Below, piece by piece: positions 39,066 through 51,370 of a DNA stretch of 64,000 nucleotides. The translations under genes were made by a program, and so were the position numbers. Position 1 is the first letter of the stretch. Each line of letters starts with the position of its first letter. The notes beneath the pieces are model-generated. The model saw nothing but the letters and a program-made list of their open reading frames with translations, did no database searches and was not told the DNA's origin. This stretch comes from Ostrea edulis (Eukaryota), in NCBI RefSeq assembly GCF_947568905.1, contig NC_079167.1:20150001-20214000 (forward strand). The letters run 5' to 3'.

Positions 39066-41071
39066 AACTATACCAAGCCCTATTATAAACAATCATTACA
39101 GTGCCTAGATATAGACCATCCACCAACGTGTTCTTGTTATTCATCTTCTTTCAACTATAGTCCAGCTGGACATGTCATTACTGGGGATGTTGATATAGTT
39201 GAAAATGAGGACCTCGAATTACTTATTCTAAAGGTCCTAAATACAGAGAACCTCGGTCTTTTAATTGGCAACAGAACTTCATCTCTATTATGAATTCTGT
39301 CGAAGATTATGCCAGACATGGGCTAAATATGAAAAAGAACTTGATACATTGTCAGAATGGTTTAAAAGCATAAGAGGAATATTAAAATCCCGCATTAGAT
39401 ATCTTAAAACAAAAATACGTACCATCTATCCTTCTGTGTTTAGTAAACCAGAAGTGATAAAAGAATTAGATAGGTTACATGAGGGATATGTTTTGGTTCC
39501 AGCTGACAAAGCTTGTAACAACATTGTCTTTGTTTGTAAGGCTCATTATTACAACTGTATTTTAAACGAACCTGGCATTAATTCAACTTTTGGTAATCGT
39601 ACTTATACTCCAACAGTCCTTCCAAAAGATGAAATTCTTCAAAACCATGCTTCAGTTTTAGACACATTTAATATCCCAGTCAATGTGTCGAATGAATATG
39701 AGTTACCATACCTATACTGGATTCCTAAACTACATAAAACCCCTTACAAAGATACATTGCTGGAACCATTAAGTGCTCTACCAAGCCCCTATCTTTGCTC
39801 CTCACGAAAATATTAACAGCTGTGAAGGAGAAGCTTCAAACGTACTGTGCAACTACATATGCCAGAAGTGGTGTTAATCAAATGTGGATTCTAAAAAATT
39901 CTATAGAACTCTTAGTAAACTTGAAATCGCAAAACTTAAAAAAAACAAAACAACTTTTCTCAAATCAATAACAACAAAACCTATGACTTTTCAACACTAT
40001 ACACGACCATTCCTAACGATAAATTAAAGACTAGACTTTTTGACATCATAGAAAGTTGCTTCTTCAACAAAAATGGAAAAAGGAAATTTTCATATCTAGT
40101 GATCAGTCATCCAAAAACTTACTTTGTTAAACAACACTCTAATTCCACGCACAAGTACTATGAACTTGAAATTAAAAATATGCTAGAGTTTCTCATTGAC
40201 AATATCTTCATGGTCTTTGGTGATCAGGTTTTCCAACAGTCTGTTGGAATTCCCATGGGCACGAATTGTGCTCCTTTGTTTGATGACCTGTTTCTATATT
40301 CATATGAAGCAGAATTTATTCAAAAACTTCTACGTGAGAAGAAAAAATCTCTTGCTGTGGCCTTCAATTCGACATTTAGATATATCGACGACGTTTTGTC
40401 TATTGACAATAATAACTTTCGTTCATATGTCGATTCGATATATCCCTGAGAGCTCGAAATAAAAGACACCACAGAGTCGTCCACTTCTGCTTCATACTTA
40501 GATATTTTATTGAAAGTAGACATTAACGGCAAACTGACAACTCAACTATGTAACAAACCGGATGATTTCAGCTTCTCCATCGTCAGCTTCCCATATCTAT
40601 GTAGAAATATTCCATTATCACCTGCATATGATGTTTATATTTCTCAACTGATTCGATACGCAAGAGCTTGTTCTGCGTATAGTCAGTTATTAAATCTAGG
40701 CAAGCTACTGACATTGTTGATGGTACAGGGATTTCAACAGTCTCGATTGAAGTCATTTCGCAAATTCTATGGTCGTTATAACGATCTAGTTCGTCAATAC
40801 AACCTATAATTGGGTCAAATTCTGTCTGACGTGTTTCATACCGATTGTTAGGCCGTTCTTGGTACACTGATTTTGACTACGAATAACTCCATTTACCTTA
40901 TCAGGATATAGTGCTCACGGCGGTTGTGACCTATCGACAGGAGATGCTTACTCCTCCTAGGCACCTAATCCCACCTCTGGTGTGTCCAGGGGTCCATGTT
41001 CGCCCAACTATCTATATTGTATTGCTTATAGGAGTTATGAGATTGATCACTGTTCGTTATCTTCACCTTTC
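39066..41071 (+). mobile_element. 5'-truncated Penelope-like retroelement, probably Naiad clade
   Basis: Frameshifted ORF with a CSC motif (39129-39137), GHVITGD, KGPKYREP, LYWIPKLHK, DFSTLYT, GIPMGTNCAP and FRYIDD. RT runs to the end of the ORF with no downstream GIY-YIG, the Naiad/Chlamys arrangement. atctt is duplicated at 39061-65 and 41072-76; the paralogous site near 27003 is empty. Confidence 0.85.
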
Positions 41072-42132
41072 ATCTTGGACTGTCCTATATCTAAAAACCT
41101 GAATTAAATACGATTTTTGTTAAGACAGGGTAAACATACATAATTTCATGAAAATTCTAAATATATATATCTTTGAAAACACAGAGTATATAGGGATTTA
41201 TTTGAATCCATCCGTGTTTAGATGATGCCGAACACCTTAGATGCAATGATATCCCGAACGAACATTGAAACGACTGTTTGATCAGGATTGGATGAAATAA
41301 TGCTTTGAACCTTGTTTCTATTGTCAAAAATAAACAAAATACATTTTTGTTTAGAATCATTAATACTATTAAAAATACGTATTGTTTCTTCTTCTCTTTT
41401 TAAAATATACATATGATAACATATTGACCCACACAAACGCATAGCCTTTCTACGGAAGCTCATAAGATCTGAAAACAAATTACAAAATAAAAGTAGAAAA
41501 TTATTGATTAGAAAACTACATATGTAAATTATCACCTAAAGGAAAATTAGAAAATCAGAAAAATTGGATTGTTGAAAGGAAAACTATATCATTCATAAAC
41601 TACAATGATGTCCATTACACGTGTAGAATTGGTAAGAGAAGGGTGATACAACATAATCAGTCTCGTCAAAACTAAGACGTCAACATAGGTAGTGAATTCT
41701 CTTTCGCCAAACACTCGGCTTCCAGAAGTGAGAATCACGGGTCTTTTGGATATCCCATGTCGCGGCAGACGTTGGCACGTTAAAGAAAGTCACTACTATG
41801 GCCCTCGGCGCAAAGCATACAATGTGGTGAGTGAAACATCAAACAACCTGTAGATGATTGTTTTTATTAACTGTATATTTTATTGCTTTATCTTTATCAA
41901 CTGAACATCACACTGTTTTATCATATATTTGTTATATAATACCGGATTTCTGCATCCCTGATATGAACACAGACATGCACAATTCATCACACACCCTGTA
42001 CATGTATCAACACCCTTTATTTTAACCTTTATTTCACCCCTTATCGTACCTTTCTGAAACGCCTCTGTAGTTTTTAATCGGAGTACTTCGGATTTTTTCT
42101 GCTTGAAAGCAGACGATATAATATATTGTAAA

Positions 42133-42489
42133 GTTTTACATTATGATCCCTGGGTCGAGGCCTCTGTTGGTGGACTGTTAGTCCCCGAGGGTCTCTACAG
42201 CCCAGTAGCTAAGTACTTCGTTACTAGCTTGAAAATACGGATATATATTTAATTGCTGTTATAAAATTTAGAAATTCATTTCAAAATTAAGGATTATCTC
42301 CCTCACGCATAGCTCTTATCCTTAGAGGAATTTAACTCCACTCTTTTGACACACTGTTTTTCCCTATAATAACTCTAAAACTTCATTGTTATTTCGGATT
42401 TCAAACATTTCGGTTGAGCATCACTGAAGAGACATTATTTGTCGAAATGCGCATCTGGTGCATCAAATTTGGTATCGAATAAGTTTTAC
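42133..42489 (+). mobile_element. Solo Penelope pseudo-LTR-like insertion carrying a hammerhead-ribozyme core
   Basis: attgtaaa duplicated at 42125-32 and 42490-97; absent in copy 1 (~30227); begins and ends with gttttac; contains CTGAAGA-GACA-ttatt-TGTC-GAAA. Confidence 0.75.
42424..42464 (+). ncRNA. Hammerhead ribozyme-like motif (type I, weak stem I)
   Basis: CUGAAGA, stem II GACA/UGUC, GAAA, stem III UGCGC/GUGCA, then UC. Stem I pairing is not convincing in the monomer. Confidence 0.6.
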
Positions 42490-43629
42490 ATTGTAAACAA
42501 ATGGAGAAACAAACAGGAAGACAAATATAAATGGAAAAGAGAACGTTGGAATCGTTAGCGAGGAGAATTGGAGAACTTTAGGAATTGATCAAAATGTAAC
42601 GATAATTTTTAGTAAATGGTAAACATTATAAAGAATGGAAACAATTTATCTAAATTGTTACCTTATGTCATATACCAGTACATGTAGCTTCTTATTCATT
42701 AAATGTCTTAAATCATTCAAAAACAGTAGTCGTTGTTTTGAACTTTTATCCGTTAATAAGCCTTTAAAATTTACTATCTTCAAATCTATGATAAAAACAA
42801 CAAAACATGGTAAAATCTGTAGCTCTCCATATCAACCCTCGACCAATATCAGTCTTTGGACCTACGACCCTCGGGCTAATATTGGAGATACACTATTTTT
42901 ACCAGGGGCGGATCAAGGAATTGAAGTTAGGGGTGCAACTTCATGAAGCAGGGGGTCTGGAGGCCGCCATAGGATGGTGGGGGCCCGGAAGATCCTGGAT
43001 TTTATAGGGCTTGTAATACGTCCCATATAGAGTCATTTTTACTACATGTATTTTCTGTAATTTTTAATGAGATAAAATTAATAAAATTATATAAATCTTA
43101 AAGGGTTTCTTGGGAATGAAATATGAGTTCTCACAAGAAAAGTAAGAATAAATCAAAAGATCTTGACATTTATTTCTCTGAGAGTAACCTCTATCTTTTT
43201 TTTCTACACAGCAGACCAATTTAATATTTTTGCCCCACCCCCCTTCCTTTATGAAATCCGCCACTGTGACTGTATTTCATAATGTCCTACATTTTTACAG
43301 TTACTCCTCTTACACCGGAAGTTGAAGGGGGCACTTTCGATTGTAGTCCCAAGCTTCACATAAATAGTATTAACAAATAGTGTATGGTAAAGCTTACGTT
43401 ACCAGATTTTTTATTATGCTGAGTTTTTACGGTTTGTAATATACCTATGACAAAATGAAAGTTTAATTTCTTCGATTTTATGTAGAAAACTTTTTAAAAT
43501 ATGCACTTCGTTAAATTGTAGAGTTGGGGAAGGGATGTTAATCTAGGCGTATTTGACGTTTATTTCTGTCCAAGTTATAATGCAATTAATACCGAGAATT
43601 TCAATAGTAATCTATATAAAAAATACAAC

Positions 43630-45837
43630 AGACACCTAGAATTTTAAAAGCACAATGAAAGCATGTGATATGATTAGGCGAGAAGTGAGGAAGTGGTTCG
43701 AGATCGAATTGTCATTGGTGTGAAATCACATAAAATACGTGAGAAACTCATAATGCTGGGTTTGATTTGACTCTACAGAAGTCATTAGACATTGCATGAC
43801 TTCTTCACCTTTCATGAACAATCCACAACTCAAGCTAGACAAATGTTTGGTGAGGATACATGAGTTCATGCCATTCGAAACAAACTGCAGTCTAAAGGTA
43901 AGTTTAGGTAATCCACCAAACCAATCACGGCTGTTCTCCAAAACAACAATAAACAACAACAGAAATCTAATTCGCATCATATTAAGCTACAGCAAATAGA
44001 TGATTGTTCACGTTGTGGATACACACACAGTACTTCATCATGTTCAGCCAAAGGGAACAAGTGCCACAAATGTTGTCGACTTGGTCACTTTGCGAAAAAG
44101 TGTCGTTAAAGTGGACACTGTAGATAACTCTGATACCGAATAACTATTTCTAGGTTACATTGATACGGACATCAATATGCTGGATACAGAGCGGACCGAG
44201 TCCATAGAAATTAACAAGCCAGCATGCTTCAGTTGGACACTGGTAATAAGTGTAATGTGCTACCATTGAAAACTTTCAATGAACTAGGCTTAAAACATCA
44301 CTAACTTGCTTCATCCAAAGCAAACATGAGATCTAAAGTGGAACCTGTTGGAAACAGTATACTCCAATGTAAATATGAAGACCGCGTGACTGAAATCTCT
44401 TTTGAGGATGTTGACCTACCTTCAGAACCTACTCTAGGATCTGCCTCTTGCTCAGTGCTGGGACTTGTTAGGTGAGCTTACAAACTTGACTATTCAGAAA
44501 CAACAAACATTCCTAAAGACATTCAATCTGAATATGGTGATGTTTTTTATGACTCTTACCTGTTAAACAAGAAATCAAGATTGATCCATTGGTCCCCCAG
44601 TGATACACCCACCTCGTCGTGTGCCGTTACCATCCCGTGACAAAATTAAGGACGAACTTGATCACTTTCACATGGAACAAACTGGTGTTATCGTTCAACA
44701 AAACAAATCCACAGCATGGGTTAATTCCATGGTGACTGTGCTTAAACCAAATGGAAAATTCCATATTTGTACAGATCCTAAGAATCTTAACAAAGCCATT
44801 CACAGAGAACATTTCCCGCTCAAGACCAATGAGGACGTCATACAGCGGATCACTGATCCAAGGAATTTTCTAAATTAGACGATACATCGGGCTTTTGGCA
44901 AATTGGGCTTACAGAAGAAAGTTCGAAATTCTGCACCTTCAATACTCCATATGGGCGCTATAGGTTTACTATGCTACCATTTGGCATAAACTTTGCTTCT
45001 GAAATGTATCAACGCACAATTTCAGATATGGTGAGGGATCTAGAAGGATATGAAGCATTAATTGATGACATACTGATATGGGGAAAACACATCAAGGAAC
45101 AAGATAACAGACTAAAAGGTGTCATGAATCGCATCTGTGAGTACAATCTGAAACCGAGTCCTGAAAAGTGTAAGTTTCGTAAGAGCCACGTCGCATATGT
45201 AGGTCATTTACTTACTCCTGAAGGGATCCAGCCCAATCCTGAGAAAATTCGTGCTGTTAAAGACATGCCTGCTCCACAGAATATTTCGGAACTTCAAACA
45301 TTTCTTGGTTTTATACAATACCTTGGAAAGTTCTTACCAAACTTATCTGAAGTGAGTTCACCACTCAGAACACTCCTGAAAAAGGATTTCTGCTTCCACT
45401 TTGACAAAACACAAGAAGAAAGCTTTCAAACGTTAAAGTGTCTCGTCACTAACACACCTGTCCTGCGTTATTATGACCCGAAAAGCCACTAACCTTGACT
45501 GTAGATGCTAGCTCAGAGGGCCTTGGTGCTGCTCTTGTTCAGGAAGGTCAGTCTGTTGCATGTGGGTCACGTGCTTTAACTAAAAGTCAGGAAAACTGTT
45601 GAAAAGGAGGCCTTAGCTACAAATGTATATGGTATGAATGTAACAAAATTCAACAGTATGTATTTGGTAGCCGCATATTGGTGGAGAGTGTTCACAAACC
45701 ACTCTAGACAATTTTGCTTTGGTCACTTCTCAAAGTGGCCTGAATTTGCTAAACTTCAAAACCAAACCAGTGGGAACAATGTGTTACATTTGAAAAGTAT
45801 CCTTTTACGTTATGGGATATCGGACAATGGTCCCTAA
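43630..45837 (+). mobile_element. Decayed Ty3/Gypsy gag-pol remnant, copy 2, with an integrase fragment
   Basis: Paralogous to 31385-34275 without the hAT MITE. Ends with FSKWPE...LLRYGI.SDNGP (integrase core). Confidence 0.9.
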
Positions 45838-45852
45838 TTATTTAGTAACTAA

Positions 45853-47676
45853 AAGTCATTCACAGCATTACAATAGTATGTCTACTGAATACCGACCAAG
45901 TCATTCACAGCATTACAACAGTCTGAATAACAACCAAGTCATTCACAGCATTATAACAGTCTGAATACCAACCAAGTCATTCACAGCACTATAACAGTCT
46001 GAATACCAACCAAGTCATTCACAGCACTATAACAGTCTGAATAACAACCAAGTCATTCACAGTATTACAACAGTCTGAATAACAACCAAGTCATTCACAG
46101 AATTACAACAGTCTGAATACCAACCAAGTCATTCACAGCATTATAACAGTCTGAATAACAACCAAGTCATTCACAGCATTACAACAGTTTGAATACCAAC
46201 CACGTCATTCACAGCATTACAACAGTCTGAATACCAACCAAGTCATTCACAGCATTATAACAGTCTGAATAACAACCAAGCCATTCACAGCATTATAACA
46301 GTCTGAATACCGACCAAGTCATTCACAGCATTACAACAGTCTGAATACCAACCACGTCATTCACAGCATTACAACAGTCTGAATAACAACCAAGTCATTC
46401 ACAGCATTATAACAGTCTGAATAACAACCAAGTCATTCACAGCATTATAACAGTCTGAATAACAACCAAGTCATTCACAGCATTATAACAGTCTGAATAA
46501 CAACCAAGTCATTCACAGCATTACAACAGTCTGAATAACAACCAAGTCATTCACAGCATTACAACAGTCTGAATAACAACCAAGTCATTCACAGCATTAC
46601 AACAGTTTGAATACCAACCAAGTCATTCACAGCACTATAACAGTCTGAATACCAACCAAGTCATTCACAGCACTATAACAGTCTGAATAACAACCAAGTT
46701 ATTCACAGCATTACAACAGTCTGAATACCAACCAAGTTATTCACAGCACTATAACAGTCTGAATACCAACCAAGTCATTCACAGCACTATAACAGTCTGA
46801 ATAACAACCAAGTTATTCACAGCATTATAACAGTCTGAATACCAACCAAGTTATTCACAGCATTATAACAGTCTGAATACCAACCAAGTCATTCACAGCA
46901 TTATAACAGTCTGAATACCAACCAAGTTATTCACAACATTATAACAGTCTGAATACCAACCAAGTCATTCACAGCATTACAACAGTATGAATACCAACCA
47001 AGTTATTCACAGCATTATAACAGTCTGAATACCAACCAAGTCATTCACAGCACTATAACAGTCTGAATACCAACCAAGTTATTCACAGCATTATAACAGT
47101 CTGAATAACAACCAAGTCATTCACAGCATTATAACAGTCTGAATAACAACCAAGTCATTCACAGCATTATAACAGTCTGAATACCAACCAAGTTATTCAC
47201 AACATTATAACAGTCTGAATACCAACCAAGTCATTCACAGCATTATAACAGTCTGAATACCAACCAAGTTATTCACAGCATTATAACAGTCTGAATACCA
47301 ACCAAGTCATTCACAGCACTATAACAGTCTGAATACCAACCAAGTTATTCACAGCATTATAACAGTCTGAATACCAACCAAGTCATTCACAGCATTATAA
47401 CAGTCTGAATAACAACCAAGTCATTCACAGCATTATAACAGTCTGAATACCGACCAAGTCATTCACAGTATTACAACAGTCTGAATAACAACCAAGCCAT
47501 TCACAGCATTATAACAGTCTGAATACCGACCAAGTCATTCACAGCATTACAACAGTCTGAATACCAACCAAGTCATTCACAGCATTACAACAGTCTGAAT
47601 AACAACCAAGTCATTCACAGCATTACAACAGTCTGAATAACAACCAAGTTATTCACAGCATTACAACAGTCTGAAT
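45853..47676. repeat. Satellite, ~48 x 38 bp
   Basis: Unit caagtcattcacagcattacaacagtctgaataacaac, head-to-tail with no spacers. Confidence 0.97.
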
Positions 47677-49584
47677 ATTTCTATCACGGGTATGACAGCA
47701 ATATATCACGGAAATCCAATAAATTTAAACTACGTAATTAAAAACTACATATGTACATGTTCTGCATCACAAGTTTTTAAATAAGTTTCAGTGCATCACA
47801 ACTTTTAAGTCTCATCTTTCAGCATGAGAGTACTAAATTAACTTATTCAATGTATAACGAAAGGTTACGCAGTGAGGTAGGTGCCCCCGAGTAATCAGTG
47901 CACCGTACTACCCATAATTCTATAGTTTTCACACTATGGCGTCACAATATAAAAGTACGTCACTAGTTTATAGTTGTGTCGCGGGGAAAATGTCATGATA
48001 TTTTACCGTTAGTTACTACCGTTATCAAATGTTCAAGCTGTACATGTGTAAATCTGTTCGTCAGATGATTCATTTCCAGTTTTCTTTGATAATAGATGTC
48101 TCAAGTTTTTATATATAGTGTGCACTAGTTACAATAATCTTTATATTACATTGTGACTTTGAAATCGCCCCCGATGTGTATAGTCATTTAGAATAAAGAG
48201 GGTCAATCCTGTATACATATCGACTTGGTACAGGTGAAAAGTGATGATATCTTACTTCGATCAAGGTATTTTCCAAAAGGTACCTATAGTTGCAGATGGA
48301 GGATTTTGATACAGAAGGTAGGATTTTTTTGCCTCGTTTAAATAAAATTTGGCAGTGAGTGTGGGAAAACTCAACATTTCAATCGAGATTATGAAATTGC
48401 TAAATAGAAAGGATATTGTACTGCTCCAGATCACTTTCTACAGATCAAGTCTAAACTGCAAATGATTTGAGTGCATTTTTCACCTGTGTTGAGGTGATAA
48501 ACGACTGAATGTATAGCGGATAAAAATAGCTCTACATCACTTGTATGATGATGTAATAGTTACGGTAAGCGAGGGAATTCCCATGTGATACGATGTTTAT
48601 GTATTGACAAACGATTTGTAGTAAAATATGCGACGCTTGGAAGAATTTTACTTTAATTTGAATATGCAGTTATTACTTGTTAATTTACTCGGTACACCTT
48701 ATTAACCTCACTGCGTACTGAACAATTTTGAATAATTTAAATCAAAATAAATGTTTATTGTTAAAAATGATGATGTTAGCCCAAAGTAGATAAAATTCAC
48801 ATGACAGGTAAATGATTAGAAACTGACCTTTTTGCAGAGTTATCTGCCCTTTGTAAAAAATAAGAAAAATATAATTTTCTGAGAATGTTTGTAATCTTAT
48901 TTCATATTTTCATGACGTCACCATCAGAGTGAAAAATTCACAAGGAAGACGTTAAACAATATACAACTAACAACCATATTTCATAAACAGAGAGTGTATG
49001 TAACTTTTCACCAAGAGATTTGTATGTAAAATATGATTTAAAAAAGATTAATAAAACGTGCGCTTCCCATACACTTCAACGTAATATTCTAGGTGAAATA
49101 AATCTAACAGTAATCAAAATTATGAAACTTCCTCTGTTGGATTATTTTTATTTCATGAACCCTTCAAAATTATACCATGGTTACAAAAATCCCATCATCC
49201 ATTTACTAGATATGAAATATGGCCATGATACATTAAATACCTTAAACAGTATTAAACGAATCGTACTAAGGATAATGATTTACAGAAAATGAATAATTTT
49301 CCATTAAACATATGAATGATAGTAACAATTCTTGTCATAAAACGTAAAGAAAAAAGATAGAAAAAAATCTTACAAACACGATGAAAATGAATTGAGAAAT
49401 ATTTTCGAAACAAGAAGGAATCCATGTATGAAACCACTCTTAAGACTGTCGTTGTCTTTTGTTTAATTTTACAACATTCTGACGAAAGTCAGCAAATAAG
49501 AAGCATCAAGAACTTCAAATCTAATGCAAACAAAAATTTCTTGGTTTTCTTAACAGTCGACATGCATAATCAAGCCTTTGATGT

Positions 49585-49745
49585 TAAACACTTCCGTATT
49601 CAGAATTGCATAACTCATCAGAATCAATCGATGTATTTGTGTTCCGATCCGCTGGCGAACATATAAAAGGACCGTTCTCCTTAGTTCTTGCAGTTTGGGC
49701 TGCCATTCAAAAGAAGAAACAACCAAGAACAGAAACAACCAAAAG
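49585..49745 (+). promoter_or_regulatory. G5 promoter and non-coding exon 1
   Basis: CTTCCG (49591), TCATCAGAATCAATCGAT, TATAAAA (49662), donor after 49745. Confidence 0.75.
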
Positions 49746-49900
49746 GTACCTTTAACTTTTCTTTTCAATTTGTTCCTATCTTGCCAGACTTAATTATTGG
49801 ATAGCTATTCGTCTTATCATTTCATATTTTAGTTCTAAGAACTGCCTTTGGTTTAAATCAAACGATCTCTAACTGATGGTTATTTATTTTGTAGATCACC

Positions 49901-51044
49901 ATGCTGAAGGAAGTTTGTTTTCTGTTAATGGCCACATACGTGGCGGCAACCTATGGCACAGGTATAATTGCTGAATTTTTCTGAATCCTTGATAAGTTCC
50001 GTGTTCAATAGAACATTTTTGTATTACATGCCCGTTTCTTTACTTTCACAGGTTACCCCTCACAACCAAGCTATCCAGCCCCGACCTACCCCAACAGTGG
50101 ATATCGTTATGTCGTCTACGTCCAATACCTCTACTACTTGTACGCTGTGTACGGTCCCAACTCTGTCCAATACATTCAGTATTACCAATACTTGATCAGA
50201 TTGCACATCATTCCTCAAGGATTCTCTTTTGGACCTGGCAGATTCCCAGGCGGATTCCCAGGTGGTATCGGTGGAAGTAGAATTATAGGGGGTGGTAGCG
50301 GCATAACCCCGATCGGAGGGGGGTTTATCCCGGGTGGTGGTTTTCCAGGAAGCAGCGGAGGATTTCCCAGCGGTAGCAGAGGAAGCTCTCTGAGTTTCTC
50401 TAGCGGATCTGGTTTTTTCTCTGGATCCGGAAGTGGTTTCCCTAGTGGTGGATTCCCAGGCGGACTTTCCTCCGGCGGATTCCCCAGCGGATCTTTCCCT
50501 GGATCCGGAAGTGGTTTCCCAAGTGGTGGATTACCTAGTGGTGGATTCCCAGGAAGTATCTCTTCTGGTAGCATTTCCAGCGGATCTGGTTTTTTCTCCG
50601 GATCCGGAAGCGGTTCCCCAAGTGGTGGATTCCCAGGCGGACTCTCCTCTGGTGGCTTCCCCAGCGGATCTGATCTTTTCCCTGGATCTGGAAGCGGTTT
50701 CCCTAGTGGTGGATTCCCAGGAGGACTCTCCTCCGGTGGATTCCCCAGCGGATCTGGTTTTCCAAGCGGTGGATTATCCAGTGGAGGATTTCCAGGCGGA
50801 CTCTCCTCTAGCAGTTTTTCTAGCGGTAGTTCCATCCTGAGCAGCGGCAGTTTAGGTGGTGGTCCTGGTGGTATTGGAGGTCGTCCTGGTGGTATCGGAG
50901 GAGGAATTGGAGGCAGAAAGAAACTTGGTAATCTTATGGTTCTTTATCATTGCTTTAAGATTTATGATATTTCTTTCTAAAGATTCAAAGCAAGACTTTG
51001 AAAAACATAAATGTTACTATATTTGTATTTCAGGTTTTTACTAG
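49901..51044 (+). CDS. G5: shematrin-like GGFP/Ser-rich secreted protein, 315 aa
   Basis: Exons 49901-49961, 50052-50927 and 51034-51044; ends RKKLGFY*. AATAAA at 51122. Confidence 0.92.
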
Positions 51045-51370
51045 ACTGTTCCCGGATTGACTGAGATGGATTTGACCTTGAACCTGCATTTCATGTGATT
51101 TACTTATTTGTTAGGTTGTGGAATAAACAAATGACGCCCAAATTGTCTTGTATTAATTTTGCTTAAGGAGGTTTTAGTATTGTTAAAACTTGACTATTGG
51201 CGTAGTTGGAATGGAATACTTCGTATAATATATAGAATGTTTCATAAGAATTATATGGAAACTCATAAGTGCAAACCAGATAGATAATCTGGAAGAAAAA
51301 ACTAAATGAAAGTATAAAATAACTGGTTAGAAAACTAAATTAATGAATAAAACGCAAAGATGATCAAATC

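Larger units (their letters stand above)
36240..45720. repeat. Segmental duplication copy 2 (pairs with ~24240-34270)
   Basis: See copy 1. Confidence 0.9.

Noticed and set aside
45853-47676. CRISPR-like appearance of the 38-bp array (and of the 46- and 27-bp arrays)
   Set aside because: Head-to-tail units without unique spacers, no cas genes, eukaryotic context.
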